This document shows positions 1 to 8,446 of a DNA stretch of 45,366 bases, piece by piece. A program made the position numbers and the translations under genes. Within the stretch, counting starts at the first letter, position 1, and every line of letters starts with the position of its first letter. The notes under the pieces are model-generated. The model saw only the letters and a list, made by a program, of their open reading frames with translations. It did no database searches and was not told the DNA's origin. The stretch is taken from assembly GCA_048882325.1 (NCBI GenBank), contig JBHLRS010000025.1, forward strand, positions 1 through 45,366. The letters run 5' to 3'. The DNA comes from Candidatus Thorarchaeota archaeon (GTDB lineage: Archaea > Asgardarchaeota > Thorarchaeia > Thorarchaeales > Thorarchaeaceae).

Positions 1-152
1 CTCGCGGGCATACTCCTGATAGCGACGGTGCTCGCACACGTTTTTGAGTTGGCTGCTTCGTAGCTTGACGTGACTGTAAAGCAGAAGGAACATGCCCTAA
101 CGATTATAAAGGACTCTAGGCCGTTTCGGACGGCTAAGACTGGTGAATATCG

Positions 153-434
153 ATGAAGATGAAGAGCGAACTGAACAAATACTGTCCTCGGTGTAAGAAA
201 TACACATCGCATGCCGTTTCAGTTGAAAAGGCAGGTAAGAGACGTAGTATGTCAGAAGGAGAGCGCCGAATGGACAGGAAGAAACGAGGGTATGGTTCGT
301 TTCCAAAAGCAATCCAGAAGAGGTTCGCAAAGACAACAAAGAAGACCGTTCTTAAGTTGAAGTGTAGTGAGTGCGACCACATGATCCAGTCTAAGAGCAT
401 GCGACTGAAGAAGGTCGAAGTTCAACGAGCGTAG
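153..434 (+). CDS. rpl44e: 50S ribosomal protein L44e (eL42)
   Basis: YCPRCKKYT...KTTKKTVLKLKCSECDH zinc-ribbon motifs; first gene of the conserved rpl44e-rps27e-aIF2a-nop10 cluster. Confidence 0.97.
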   Translation: MKMKSELNKYCPRCKKYTSHAVSVEKAGKRRSMSEGERRMDRKKRGYGSFPKAIQKRFAKTTKKTVLKLKCSECDHMIQSKSMRLKKVEVQRA

Positions 435-644
435 GTGATTGATTTGCCAAAAGACGAGATCGTTCAACAACCAAGATCACGGTTCCTCAAGGTGAAATGC
501 CTTGACTGCGAGAACGAACAGATCATCTTCGGACATGCATCCACAGAAGTGAAATGTCTGAAGTGTGACAAGGTGTTGGCAAGGCCAAGCGGTGGCAAGG
601 CAAAATTGGAACCAACCGCGAGAGAAGTTGAGGTACTTCCATAA
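435..644 (+). CDS. rps27e: 30S ribosomal protein S27e
   Basis: PRSRFLKVKCLDCENEQIIF...CLKC...PSGGKA signature; true start may be TTG at 444 after the GGTGA SD. Confidence 0.97.
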   Translation: MIDLPKDEIVQQPRSRFLKVKCLDCENEQIIFGHASTEVKCLKCDKVLARPSGGKAKLEPTAREVEVLP

Positions 645-656
645 GGAGTAAAGAAA

Positions 657-1451
657 ATGGTCCTGAAACGTGCTGAATGGCCACAACCAGACGAGTTCGC
701 CATTGCAGTGGCCACCAAAGTGGCCAATTACGGGGCCTATGTTGTTCTTCCGGAATTCGGGGAGAAAGAGGGATTCATCCATATCTCAGAGGTGAGCAGC
801 ACCTGGGTCAGGAACATCCGCAATCACATTCATGAGAACCAGCGTGTGGTTGTCAAGGTCTTGAAAGTGGATGTTGAGAAGAGGCATATTGATTGCTCTC
901 TCCGTCGAGTGTCTACTGAAGCGAAGAGAACCAAGAACAACGAATGGAAACGCGCTCAGAAGGCTGAGAAGCTGCTCGAACTCATTGCAAAAGAAAATGA
1001 CATGACACTCGAACAGGTCTATGAGAAGATTGGCTGGCCAATTGAGGATGAGTTCGGAGAGATATACAAGGGACTTGAACAAGCCGCTGATGGTGGCGTT
1101 GAGGTCTTTGAGAATGTGACAGCCACTAAGAAGCTTCGAAAGCAAGTTGCAGATTTGGCAAAGCAGAGGATTGAGATTCCATCTGTGGAGATAGATGGAG
1201 AGATGACAATCACAGTTCCAGGGCAGAATGGGATTGAAGTGATCAAGAAAGCACTGTCTCAAGGCTTGGCTGAAGGGAAGAAGCGTGAGAAATCTACAAC
1301 TGAGATTTACACACTTGGCTCACCTCGATATAAACTCAGAATCGTGAGTCCGGACTACAAGGAGGCAGAGGATTTGTTGGCAGATATTCTCAAACTGGTA
1401 ACAAAGACTGTTGAAGGTGGTTCAGGGACCATTAGTTTTCTCCGTAAGTAG
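657..1451 (+). CDS. eif2a: Translation initiation factor 2 alpha subunit (aIF2a)
   Basis: S1 domain (YGAYV...EGFIHISEVSSTWVRNIR), IDCSLRRV, C-terminal GSPRY. Confidence 0.96.
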   Translation: MVLKRAEWPQPDEFAIAVATKVANYGAYVVLPEFGEKEGFIHISEVSSTWVRNIRNHIHENQRVVVKVLKVDVEKRHIDCSLRRVSTEAKRTKNNEWKRAQKAEKLLELIAKENDMTLEQVYEKIGWPIEDEFGEIYKGLEQAADGGVEVFENVTATKKLRKQVADLAKQRIEIPSVEIDGEMTITVPGQNGIEVIKKALSQGLAEGKKREKSTTEIYTLGSPRYKLRIVSPDYKEAEDLLADILKLVTKTVEGGSGTISFLRK

Positions 1452-1461
1452 GTGGTCTGAT

Positions 1462-1635
1462 GTGACTCACCTCTTCAAGTGTAGCAGATGTGGACAGTAT
1501 ACTTTGGAACAGAAAAGTTGTCCAAAGTGTGGAGGGTCTGTTTCTAGTCCCAAACCATCAAAGTATAGTCCTCAGGACAAATATGGAAAGTATCGTAGGA
1601 AAGCAAAACGCAAGACACAGCAGCTTTCTGACTGA
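1462..1635 (+). CDS. nop10: H/ACA RNP protein Nop10
   Basis: KCSRCGQYTL...CPKCG...PSKYSPQDKYGKYRR; GTG start at 1462 after GGTGG; conserved position after aIF2a. Confidence 0.95.
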   Translation: MTHLFKCSRCGQYTLEQKSCPKCGGSVSSPKPSKYSPQDKYGKYRRKAKRKTQQLSD

Positions 1636-1645
1636 ATTAGGTTTC

Positions 1646-1686
1646 AAAAGAAGAAAACTGGCGATTGATTTCAAAACCAACCGCCA
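1646..1686 (-). terminator. Hairpin plus U-tract terminator downstream of aglB, in the convergent nop10/aglB gap
   Basis: Minus strand TGGCGGTTGGTTT-TG-AAATCAATCGCCA stem followed by GTTTTCTTCTTTT. Confidence 0.55.
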
Positions 1687-1697
1687 AATATGAGGTT

Positions 1698-4421
1698 CTA
1701 ATGCAGTTCGACTGGAACCCAGAATATGTCCCAGTTTCCTGTGAAAGATGGTTCTCCATGATGAATGTTGTTCCACCAGAGAAACCGTATCTGGTAGTTC
1801 ATTCCAGGAGCCATTGGTAGATCTTGAGGGTCTCCACCATCCAGAGGAACTAGGAATTCAATCACATCGTTGCCTGTTGCAAACTCTGATGAGTTGGTTC
1901 CAGTAGAGTCTTCAGACCAGGTACCATCATAGCGAATGTATCCATCGTAGTTCTGACCATTGTAGTTCACAATACGAAGGTCAGAGCTCTGTGGTGAATC
2001 AATCGGAGAGATTTGAAGACCAAAGGCGTCATTACCGATGGTGTAGTTGTCCATCTGTATTCCGTAGTACATGTGTGTAGAGTTGGACCGTGTATAGACC
2101 TTGGCCTCATAGCCTCCACCGAATGTCACAGAATAGCTTGGGAAGGTCGTTTCAGACCCTGTAAGATTGCCATCAATACTGATGTCTAGCGAGGCATCCG
2201 AAAGACCAAGAATCCAGTCTGCATTCGTACGATTCACCCATTGCTCGTACATGGTGTAGTCAATCTCGTATATCTTGACCGTCCCATAAGATGAGCTGTA
2301 ATAGGGCTCTGAGAACGCACCATAGAGGTTAACAGGCATATGATTCACCCAGGCTTGGTCGTTCCAGAGGTACTGGTCCACACTCATTCGTACTTCTGAA
2401 AGACCGAGGGCTCCAGCCTCATCCTGGTTTCTTGGCTCTCCATAGACTAAGAGTTTGTATAGTGTGGAGTCGTAGAAGGCTTCCAGTGTTGCATCATTAG
2501 AGTCTAGATAGGTCGCATCGTCAATGATGTCCTTACCAAATTTGTCTTCTGCAATTCTGACCATCCATGGCCACTTGCCTTCATCTCCACCAAATTGGGA
2601 GATCCTGTGACCCCAGTATACAAGGACGTGTGTCGTATTCCAGCTCTTGAATGTCCGCAGAGACTCCGTGAGGTTGAGCGCCATGAGGGCATACCCCATC
2701 TTGGCTATTTGCGTACTGTTGAACGTTGCATTATCCACTATCGTCACTTTACCGGAGGCGCCATTTATCCAATATCCATAGTCCCACCAAGAGGCCACAA
2801 TTGCATCATCCGGTAGCACGTTTCTGATGTAGGTCATTGCAGTCTGCCAGTCTGTCTGTCCACTTCCGGAAAGTTGAGCCTGTGCAAACTCTGGGTTTCC
2901 AACCTGCATTGCAACATATTGAACGCTCAGAATCATGTTCACTGAGAGCAACAGTCCGATGAAAGCAAAAGCCGTCAATGCATGTTCTGAAGTCAGAGAA
3001 GAGCTCATTCTGAACCTTCGCCTCTCAAATACTGACTTCTGCGTGACGACCTTCGCAAATGGTGCAAGAATGTTGTATGCTGCCACTGCAGCGAGAATTG
3101 CTACTCCGGGAGCAAGAATCAGGTTCAAACGAATCATGCTGCCTGCAAAGTAGACTGATGTCACACCATAAAGAAGTATGAGCCAGTCTTCGTCGCGACC
3201 TCTCTTGAAGAGGAAATACAAACCGAGTGGGAAGAAGAATATTAGTATCAACAAAATGTTGTAGAAACTTCCCCATGGACTGGGCAGATGTTCCGCGACT
3301 GAAGCAAGGATTCGTTGATCAAGGCGCACAAACGGATTGATAACCGTAAGAAACTTGGACCCTATCTTGATTACTGGGTTTGTGTTGAATGGACTGATTT
3401 CAAGGTCCATTTCACTATTGTACAACAGATACGCACCTATACCAATAAGAGGAATGATTAGACCGGTCAGTATTGGTTTGATATGAGGTGCCAGAGCCGT
3501 GGCTGTGGATTCACGATAGCCACCAATTCGTATCCAAATCTCATAACCAACCAATAGCGCTCCAATACCAACAGGAGCAAGGACGGAGAATTCAGTCAGA
3601 CTTCCAAATCCATTTCGTGGAGCAAGGGCTCCAATGAAGATTCCTAATGAGATTGTTAGCAGGTAAGTTGTTAGAAGACGTCTGCTGTAACGTCCCATGA
3701 GGAGCATTATGAAGCCATATAGTGCCAAGAGGCCCAGCATGAAATCTGATGCACCCCAAGATATCTGAAGATACCCGAGTGAAAGACCTGCAGCAAGGGA
3801 TGCTGGGATTGATCCACGCTTCAAGCCACGGATGAACAGGAATGTAGTCAGAACTATTGCAAACACACCTATACACTCATTGTCATAGAAGCCCGCAATT
3901 GTTCGCGTGAGAAACGCAGGAATGAAAGCGGTGAATAGACCTGCGAACAGTCCTACAGTGTTGTTTGAGAGTTCCCTACCTAGGAAGAATGCAACCACAG
4001 CTGTCAGAGCACCCATGAAAGCTGGCAAGAGCAGAGATACTGTGAGGACATCAACTTGGATTCCAATACTATTGAGCAGGAAGTAGAAGAAGGCGCTTGT
4101 GAATGGGACCCCTAGATAGCTTGTCTTAGCCATGTCACGACCAAAGGGGACCCAGGTAGTGTCATCGTACCAAGTGAAGAAAGCACCATATCCATTCTCG
4201 GTAATGTAGTTTGTAACTTTTAGTTGGAACCAGGGGTCGAACGCGCGTACTATTGGCTGAGCATTGAAGAGAGGCTCAACACGAAGTAAGAGTGCTGTGG
4301 CGAAAATCAGAAGAAGTGTCACAGCTAACAAGATAGAACCGCGGGAAATCTTAGACTTTGGTCTATGGATTGCTTTCCGTAGAAATCTTCCAGTTGACCT
4401 TCTGAACTTACCGAATGACAT
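1698..4421 (-). CDS. aglB: Oligosaccharyltransferase catalytic subunit AglB/STT3 with C-terminal extracellular extension
   Basis: FDPWF, GFYDNE, SVAEH, WWDYG, DNAT and DEGKWPWMVRI (DK motif); many TM helices; start ATG 4421 (ORF extends to TTG 4439). Confidence 0.96.
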   Translation of the reverse strand: MSFGKFRRSTGRFLRKAIHRPKSKISRGSILLAVTLLLIFATALLLRVEPLFNAQPIVRAFDPWFQLKVTNYITENGYGAFFTWYDDTTWVPFGRDMAKTSYLGVPFTSAFFYFLLNSIGIQVDVLTVSLLLPAFMGALTAVVAFFLGRELSNNTVGLFAGLFTAFIPAFLTRTIAGFYDNECIGVFAIVLTTFLFIRGLKRGSIPASLAAGLSLGYLQISWGASDFMLGLLALYGFIMLLMGRYSRRLLTTYLLTISLGIFIGALAPRNGFGSLTEFSVLAPVGIGALLVGYEIWIRIGGYRESTATALAPHIKPILTGLIIPLIGIGAYLLYNSEMDLEISPFNTNPVIKIGSKFLTVINPFVRLDQRILASVAEHLPSPWGSFYNILLILIFFFPLGLYFLFKRGRDEDWLILLYGVTSVYFAGSMIRLNLILAPGVAILAAVAAYNILAPFAKVVTQKSVFERRRFRMSSSLTSEHALTAFAFIGLLLSVNMILSVQYVAMQVGNPEFAQAQLSGSGQTDWQTAMTYIRNVLPDDAIVASWWDYGYWINGASGKVTIVDNATFNSTQIAKMGYALMALNLTESLRTFKSWNTTHVLVYWGHRISQFGGDEGKWPWMVRIAEDKFGKDIIDDATYLDSNDATLEAFYDSTLYKLLVYGEPRNQDEAGALGLSEVRMSVDQYLWNDQAWVNHMPVNLYGAFSEPYYSSSYGTVKIYEIDYTMYEQWVNRTNADWILGLSDASLDISIDGNLTGSETTFPSYSVTFGGGYEAKVYTRSNSTHMYYGIQMDNYTIGNDAFGLQISPIDSPQSSDLRIVNYNGQNYDGYIRYDGTWSEDSTGTNSSEFATGNDVIEFLVPLDGGDPQDLPMAPGMNYQIRFLWWNNIHHGEPSFTGNWDIFWVPVELH

Positions 4422-4547
4422 GTAAGGTATAGTCTCCAAGCTGTTTCGAACTAACGGCAGCGATTTTGTGTTTCGCTAAAAAGGTTGTTGTTAATTGTAA
4501 ATTCGTCCTATGCGAAAAAACACGTCTGAGTAAGGAATTAGAGGTAT

Positions 4548-4571
4548 GGAAGGGGTCAAGAATCCCCTTCC
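4548..4571 (-). terminator. Stem-loop downstream of gcvH, possible terminator
   Basis: GGAAGGGG-N8-CCCCTTCC perfect 8-bp inverted repeat ~30 nt after the gcvH stop. Confidence 0.45.
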
Positions 4572-4599
4572 CATCAATCTTTCATAGTTTCTTTAGTGT

Positions 4600-4995
4600 C
4601 TAAAGAGATTCGATGAATTCCTTGTAAGCTGCTGCATCCATGAGACCTTCAAGGTCAGCGTCAAGATTTGAAGGCTTGAGCTTGAACATCCAACCCTTTC
4701 CATAAGGATCCTCATTAACTATCTCTGGAGCATCTTCAAGTTCACTGTTCACTTCAACTATCTCGCCACTTACTGGTGAAAAGATGTCTGATGAAGCTTT
4801 CATGGACTCGACCAATCCACACTCTCCATTGGCTTCCAAAACGGTGCCAACTTCAGAAATTTCTACAAATGTTATCTCATGGAGTGAGTTTTGGGCGAAG
4901 TCTGTTATGCCGACGACGGCCAAATCACCCTCGACCTTGATCCATTCATGATCCTTGCTGTATTTTCTGTCATCCTTAACCTCAGTGTCGCTCAT
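4600..4995 (-). CDS. gcvH: Glycine cleavage system H protein
   Basis: YSKDHEW, VGITDFAQ, VESMKAS (lipoyl-Lys), VNEDPYGKGW. Confidence 0.96.
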   Translation of the reverse strand: MSDTEVKDDRKYSKDHEWIKVEGDLAVVGITDFAQNSLHEITFVEISEVGTVLEANGECGLVESMKASSDIFSPVSGEIVEVNSELEDAPEIVNEDPYGKGWMFKLKPSNLDADLEGLMDAAAYKEFIESL

Positions 4996-5046
4996 TCGGT
5001 CCACCTACAAGTTTGCGGAGAGCTGACGCGGTTTAAATGAGTTTGG

Positions 5047-6195
5047 TTAGTGAGTTCGAGTGCTCCCATAAACGTCGGTGTCATAGAAAGGCCACTTTGT
5101 GACCTCGGCCCTTCTCATTCTCCCTTTGATGTCTATATCAACCGTGTCACCATCGCTCACGGAGGCGGGCTTGACATATGCTAGAGCTATCCCCTTGTTC
5201 AGTGTCGGTGACAGTCCTCCACTAGTGACCTCGCCAATCTTCTCACCGTTGAGAAGTACCGGATACTGCTCCCTTGGTATTCCACGGTCGATCATGATTA
5301 GGCCAATACGGGTCTTTCTGATGCCATCCTCTTTCTTGTGATGGGTCACAACATCGTAGCCAATATAGTGTGGCTCCACCTTGAATTTCACAGCATACGG
5401 AATTCGAGCCTCAATTGGGGAGGTTTCCTCATCGAGTTCATGACCATATAGAACAAATCCTGCTTCAAGTCGGGTAGAGTCCCTGGCACCTAGACCACAT
5501 GGCTTGATGTTGAACTCCTTGCCCTGGGTTAGTAGTTCCTCCCAGAATGCTATTGCTTTCTTTTTTCCTTCATCATTGAATGGTGTATCCACGAGGAGTA
5601 TCTCCACGCCGTCCTCCCCTGTATATCCTGTACGACAAAGATAACAATCATAGTCAGCGAGCTTAACACGATATGACGAGAATCGTGCATATCCACTTAC
5701 ATCATAACCAGCTAACTTGTTCATGAGTTTAAGGGCATTGGGACCTTGGACTGCAATCATTGCAATTTCACGGGATCTGTCAGCCACTTCAACATCGAAA
5801 CGGCTGGCATGACTCTGAAGGTGACTTTTGATTTTGGGCCCATTGGCGGCGTTTGTTATCCAGATGTATTCATCCTCACCGACTCGGTACAAAGTCAAAT
5901 CATCATGAATACCACCCCTCTCATTCAGGCAAGTAGTGTACTGTCCAGCGTTCACCTCCAGTTTGCTGACGTTGTTGGTTGTTAGTTTCTGAAGGACCTC
6001 CACAGATTGAGGTCCCTTGATGACAAACCTCGACATGTGCGAGGTGTCAAACATGCCAATGCTATCCCTGACAGCCATGTGTTCCTCACGGATGTCTGTA
6101 TAGCGGACAGGCATCTCCCAACCAGCAAAGGGAATCACATCGCCGTGCGCAACATGCCAGTCATAGAGATGAGTGCGTTTCAATGTGTCATTCAC
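5047..6195 (-). CDS. gcvT: Glycine cleavage system aminomethyltransferase T
   Basis: FAGWEMPVRY, FDTSHM, RTGYTGEDGVE, GLGARDSTRLEAG, GEVTSG. Confidence 0.96.
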   Translation of the reverse strand: MNDTLKRTHLYDWHVAHGDVIPFAGWEMPVRYTDIREEHMAVRDSIGMFDTSHMSRFVIKGPQSVEVLQKLTTNNVSKLEVNAGQYTTCLNERGGIHDDLTLYRVGEDEYIWITNAANGPKIKSHLQSHASRFDVEVADRSREIAMIAVQGPNALKLMNKLAGYDVSGYARFSSYRVKLADYDCYLCRTGYTGEDGVEILLVDTPFNDEGKKKAIAFWEELLTQGKEFNIKPCGLGARDSTRLEAGFVLYGHELDEETSPIEARIPYAVKFKVEPHYIGYDVVTHHKKEDGIRKTRIGLIMIDRGIPREQYPVLLNGEKIGEVTSGGLSPTLNKGIALAYVKPASVSDGDTVDIDIKGRMRRAEVTKWPFYDTDVYGSTRTH

Positions 6196-6293
6196 GATAA
6201 TTCACCGTCGGAAACTGCTCCTATATGCAGCCGAGGCAGATTCAGCTACCATTTTATTTCCTTCTATGAAGCTGTACAGTTAGAGGTATCACC

Positions 6294-7121
6294 GTGAGTG
6301 GATTCACGAGTGTCGATATTGACGGAGTAATGGTCGGAACTACGTTTCCAGTTCGAGTGATGAGTGTGATTAACCTCTCACCGGAGTCATTCTATAAGGG
6401 AGCAGTTGCAGACACTCCAGACAAGTTTCGGGAGATGGTTGAAACATCCTTGGAGGAAGGTGCTGATATCATCGACATCGGAGCTGCATCAACAGCCCCA
6501 AAGCATGTCTATGGAACTAGAGACACCTCAATCAGCGAGGAAATCAGGAGAGTGACTCAAGCACTTGACTCTATTGAGGTTTCAAAGTATCCACCACTTT
6601 CGATTGACACAACATCATCACAGGTTGCCGAGGTGGCACTAGATCTGGGCGTTTCAATGGTTAATGACATCTCGGGACTCCATGCAGATTCCAAAATGGC
6701 TAAACTCGTCGCAGACCACGAGGTTCCTATAGTTCTAATGGCTAATTGTGGTGTACCCTGTGGAGGTGTTCAGGCTTCATTGGACTCCCTGAAGGATAGT
6801 CTGACGCTTGCAGAAAGAGCGGGAATCAGGTCGGAGAGAATAATCATTGATCCCGGAATTGGGTTCGGTAAACCTCCGGAGAGAGATGTGGCAATCCTCC
6901 AAGAACTGCACCGATTTGTCGAACTTGACCATCCACTGTTAGTGGGAGTATCGCGGAAGGCCTTCATTGGTCATATCCTGGACCAACCAGACCCGGATGA
7001 TCGATTGGTTGGGTCTCTTGCAGCAACGACCATAGCTGTGATGAACGGAGCCAATGTCATCCGTACGCATGATGTGAAAGAAACCAAGTTAGCAATCAAG
7101 ATGACAGGAGTCTTCCTTTGA
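6294..7121 (+). CDS. folP: Dihydropteroate synthase (FolP type)
   Basis: MSVINLSPESF, GADIIDIG, SIDT, NDISG, DPGIGFGK, GVSRKAFI, IRTHDV. Confidence 0.93.
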   Translation: MSGFTSVDIDGVMVGTTFPVRVMSVINLSPESFYKGAVADTPDKFREMVETSLEEGADIIDIGAASTAPKHVYGTRDTSISEEIRRVTQALDSIEVSKYPPLSIDTTSSQVAEVALDLGVSMVNDISGLHADSKMAKLVADHEVPIVLMANCGVPCGGVQASLDSLKDSLTLAERAGIRSERIIIDPGIGFGKPPERDVAILQELHRFVELDHPLLVGVSRKAFIGHILDQPDPDDRLVGSLAATTIAVMNGANVIRTHDVKETKLAIKMTGVFL

Positions 7122-7834
7122 TGAAATGGGATGATTGGCGTCCGAAATATTTGGACATTGTGCAGAGACTAAACTTGGATTCTGTTGCGGACAGACAGGC
7201 CACAGCACTTCTGACAACATTACTCAAGTCCGTTGACCCGGATCCACTCCTGAAACGATTGGATAGTATCATCTCTGGAAAAAGTGCTATTGTGTGTGGT
7301 GCAGGACCTTCATTAGAGCAACACTTAGAATCGTACATGAAAGACAGCGATGTTTCAAAATCTGCAATCGTTGTTGCTGATGGTGCTGTTTCGGTGGTTC
7401 TCGAGCTTGGTCTCCACTGTGATGTGGTTGTGACTGATTTGGATGGTGACATTGACCATCTCATGGAAGCAAGAAGAAACGACGCCCTTCTGATTGTTCA
7501 TGCACATGGAGACAATATTGAGCAGGTGAGGTCCTTGGTTCCAAAGTTTGGTGACGTCTTGGGTAGCACACAGGTCGAACCTACTGACAGAGCATTCCTT
7601 TGGGGAGGATTCACAGACGGAGATAGGGCTTGTCATGTGGTCAACGAGTATTCGCCAAACCGGGTTTTACTCGCGGGTATGGACTTTGGTTCTGTTGTGG
7701 GAAAATGGTCCAAACCAGACCATGAAACACACTTTCCAGCTAGTGAGAGAAAGAGAATCAAACTGGAAATTGCTAAAGAACTGATTTCTGGCCTCATGAA
7801 GCGGTCTAGAATAGAATATCAATTTCTTACATAG
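7121..7834 (+). CDS. mptE: 6-hydroxymethyl-7,8-dihydropterin pyrophosphokinase (MptE/DUF115)
   Basis: GAGPSL, ADGA, VTDLDG, VHAHGDN, GGFTDGDRA, GMDFG; overlaps folP stop. Confidence 0.9.
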   Translation: MKWDDWRPKYLDIVQRLNLDSVADRQATALLTTLLKSVDPDPLLKRLDSIISGKSAIVCGAGPSLEQHLESYMKDSDVSKSAIVVADGAVSVVLELGLHCDVVVTDLDGDIDHLMEARRNDALLIVHAHGDNIEQVRSLVPKFGDVLGSTQVEPTDRAFLWGGFTDGDRACHVVNEYSPNRVLLAGMDFGSVVGKWSKPDHETHFPASERKRIKLEIAKELISGLMKRSRIEYQFLT

Positions 7835-7871
7835 ACTGACTCTCTTTACATTCTATGAGAGCAGAGGGGGC

Positions 7872-8294
7872 TTACAACAACCCCGCCTTAATGTTCCATA
7901 GATAGCTAAAGACCAGGAAGGCAACACCAGCCATTATCATTCCAAGTATCATGAGTCTTGTTGCATAGCCTGGTTGAAAGACGTACTTCGATGCGTAGTA
8001 TACAAGTCCGAGACCTACGACACCTACAAGAATGATCACAGAGGCGACAATTCCTTCCATGCCCAGCTGCTGGTCGATTCCTGGAGCAATTAGAATTGGT
8101 GCCCCACTCTGACTTCCAGCAATAGCAGGAGGTGTTCGGACTAAGGTGTAGATATTTCCACCGAGAACGAAAAGTATAGCGACGAACATGATTCCAAATA
8201 TGACTGTGTCCGGAGGGCGAGTAGGCATCCTAAAACCGGGCCTAGTGAGTCGCACTCTTGGCTTTACTATGAATCTCGGCCACCAAGGCTTCAC
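7872..8294 (-). CDS. Three-TM membrane protein, OSTC/DC2 (OST3/OST6 family) oligosaccharyltransferase accessory subunit-like
   Basis: LGGNIY...PP...QLGMEGIVAS...G..GL pattern resembles the recalled eukaryotic OSTC/DC2 TGGIIY...PP...QYIMEGLASS; similar length; GAGGT SD. Confidence 0.75.
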   Translation of the reverse strand: MKPWWPRFIVKPRVRLTRPGFRMPTRPPDTVIFGIMFVAILFVLGGNIYTLVRTPPAIAGSQSGAPILIAPGIDQQLGMEGIVASVIILVGVVGLGLVYYASKYVFQPGYATRLMILGMIMAGVAFLVFSYLWNIKAGLL

Positions 8295-8351
8295 ATATCT
8301 TACCTCGAGCGGTCCCCAATTTGCGTCTGCTTTTAAGACTTACGCGATATG

Positions 8352-8369
8352 CAATGTTGTACTACATTG
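8352..8369. promoter_or_regulatory. Near-perfect 18-bp palindrome in divergent promoter region, candidate TF operator
   Basis: CAATGTTGTACTACATTG, 8 of 9 positions pair. Confidence 0.3.
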
Positions 8370-8446
8370 GAATGTTACTCATGCCACAATGGCTATTTGA
8401 GCGTGTTATCGAATGAAACTGTGTTTATACAGAGAGGTGTGTCAAC

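Noticed and set aside
1-100. Possible partial gene at the window start (plus frame LAGILLIATVLAHVFELAAS* or minus frame from ATG 93)
   Set aside because: Too short to decide strand or identity
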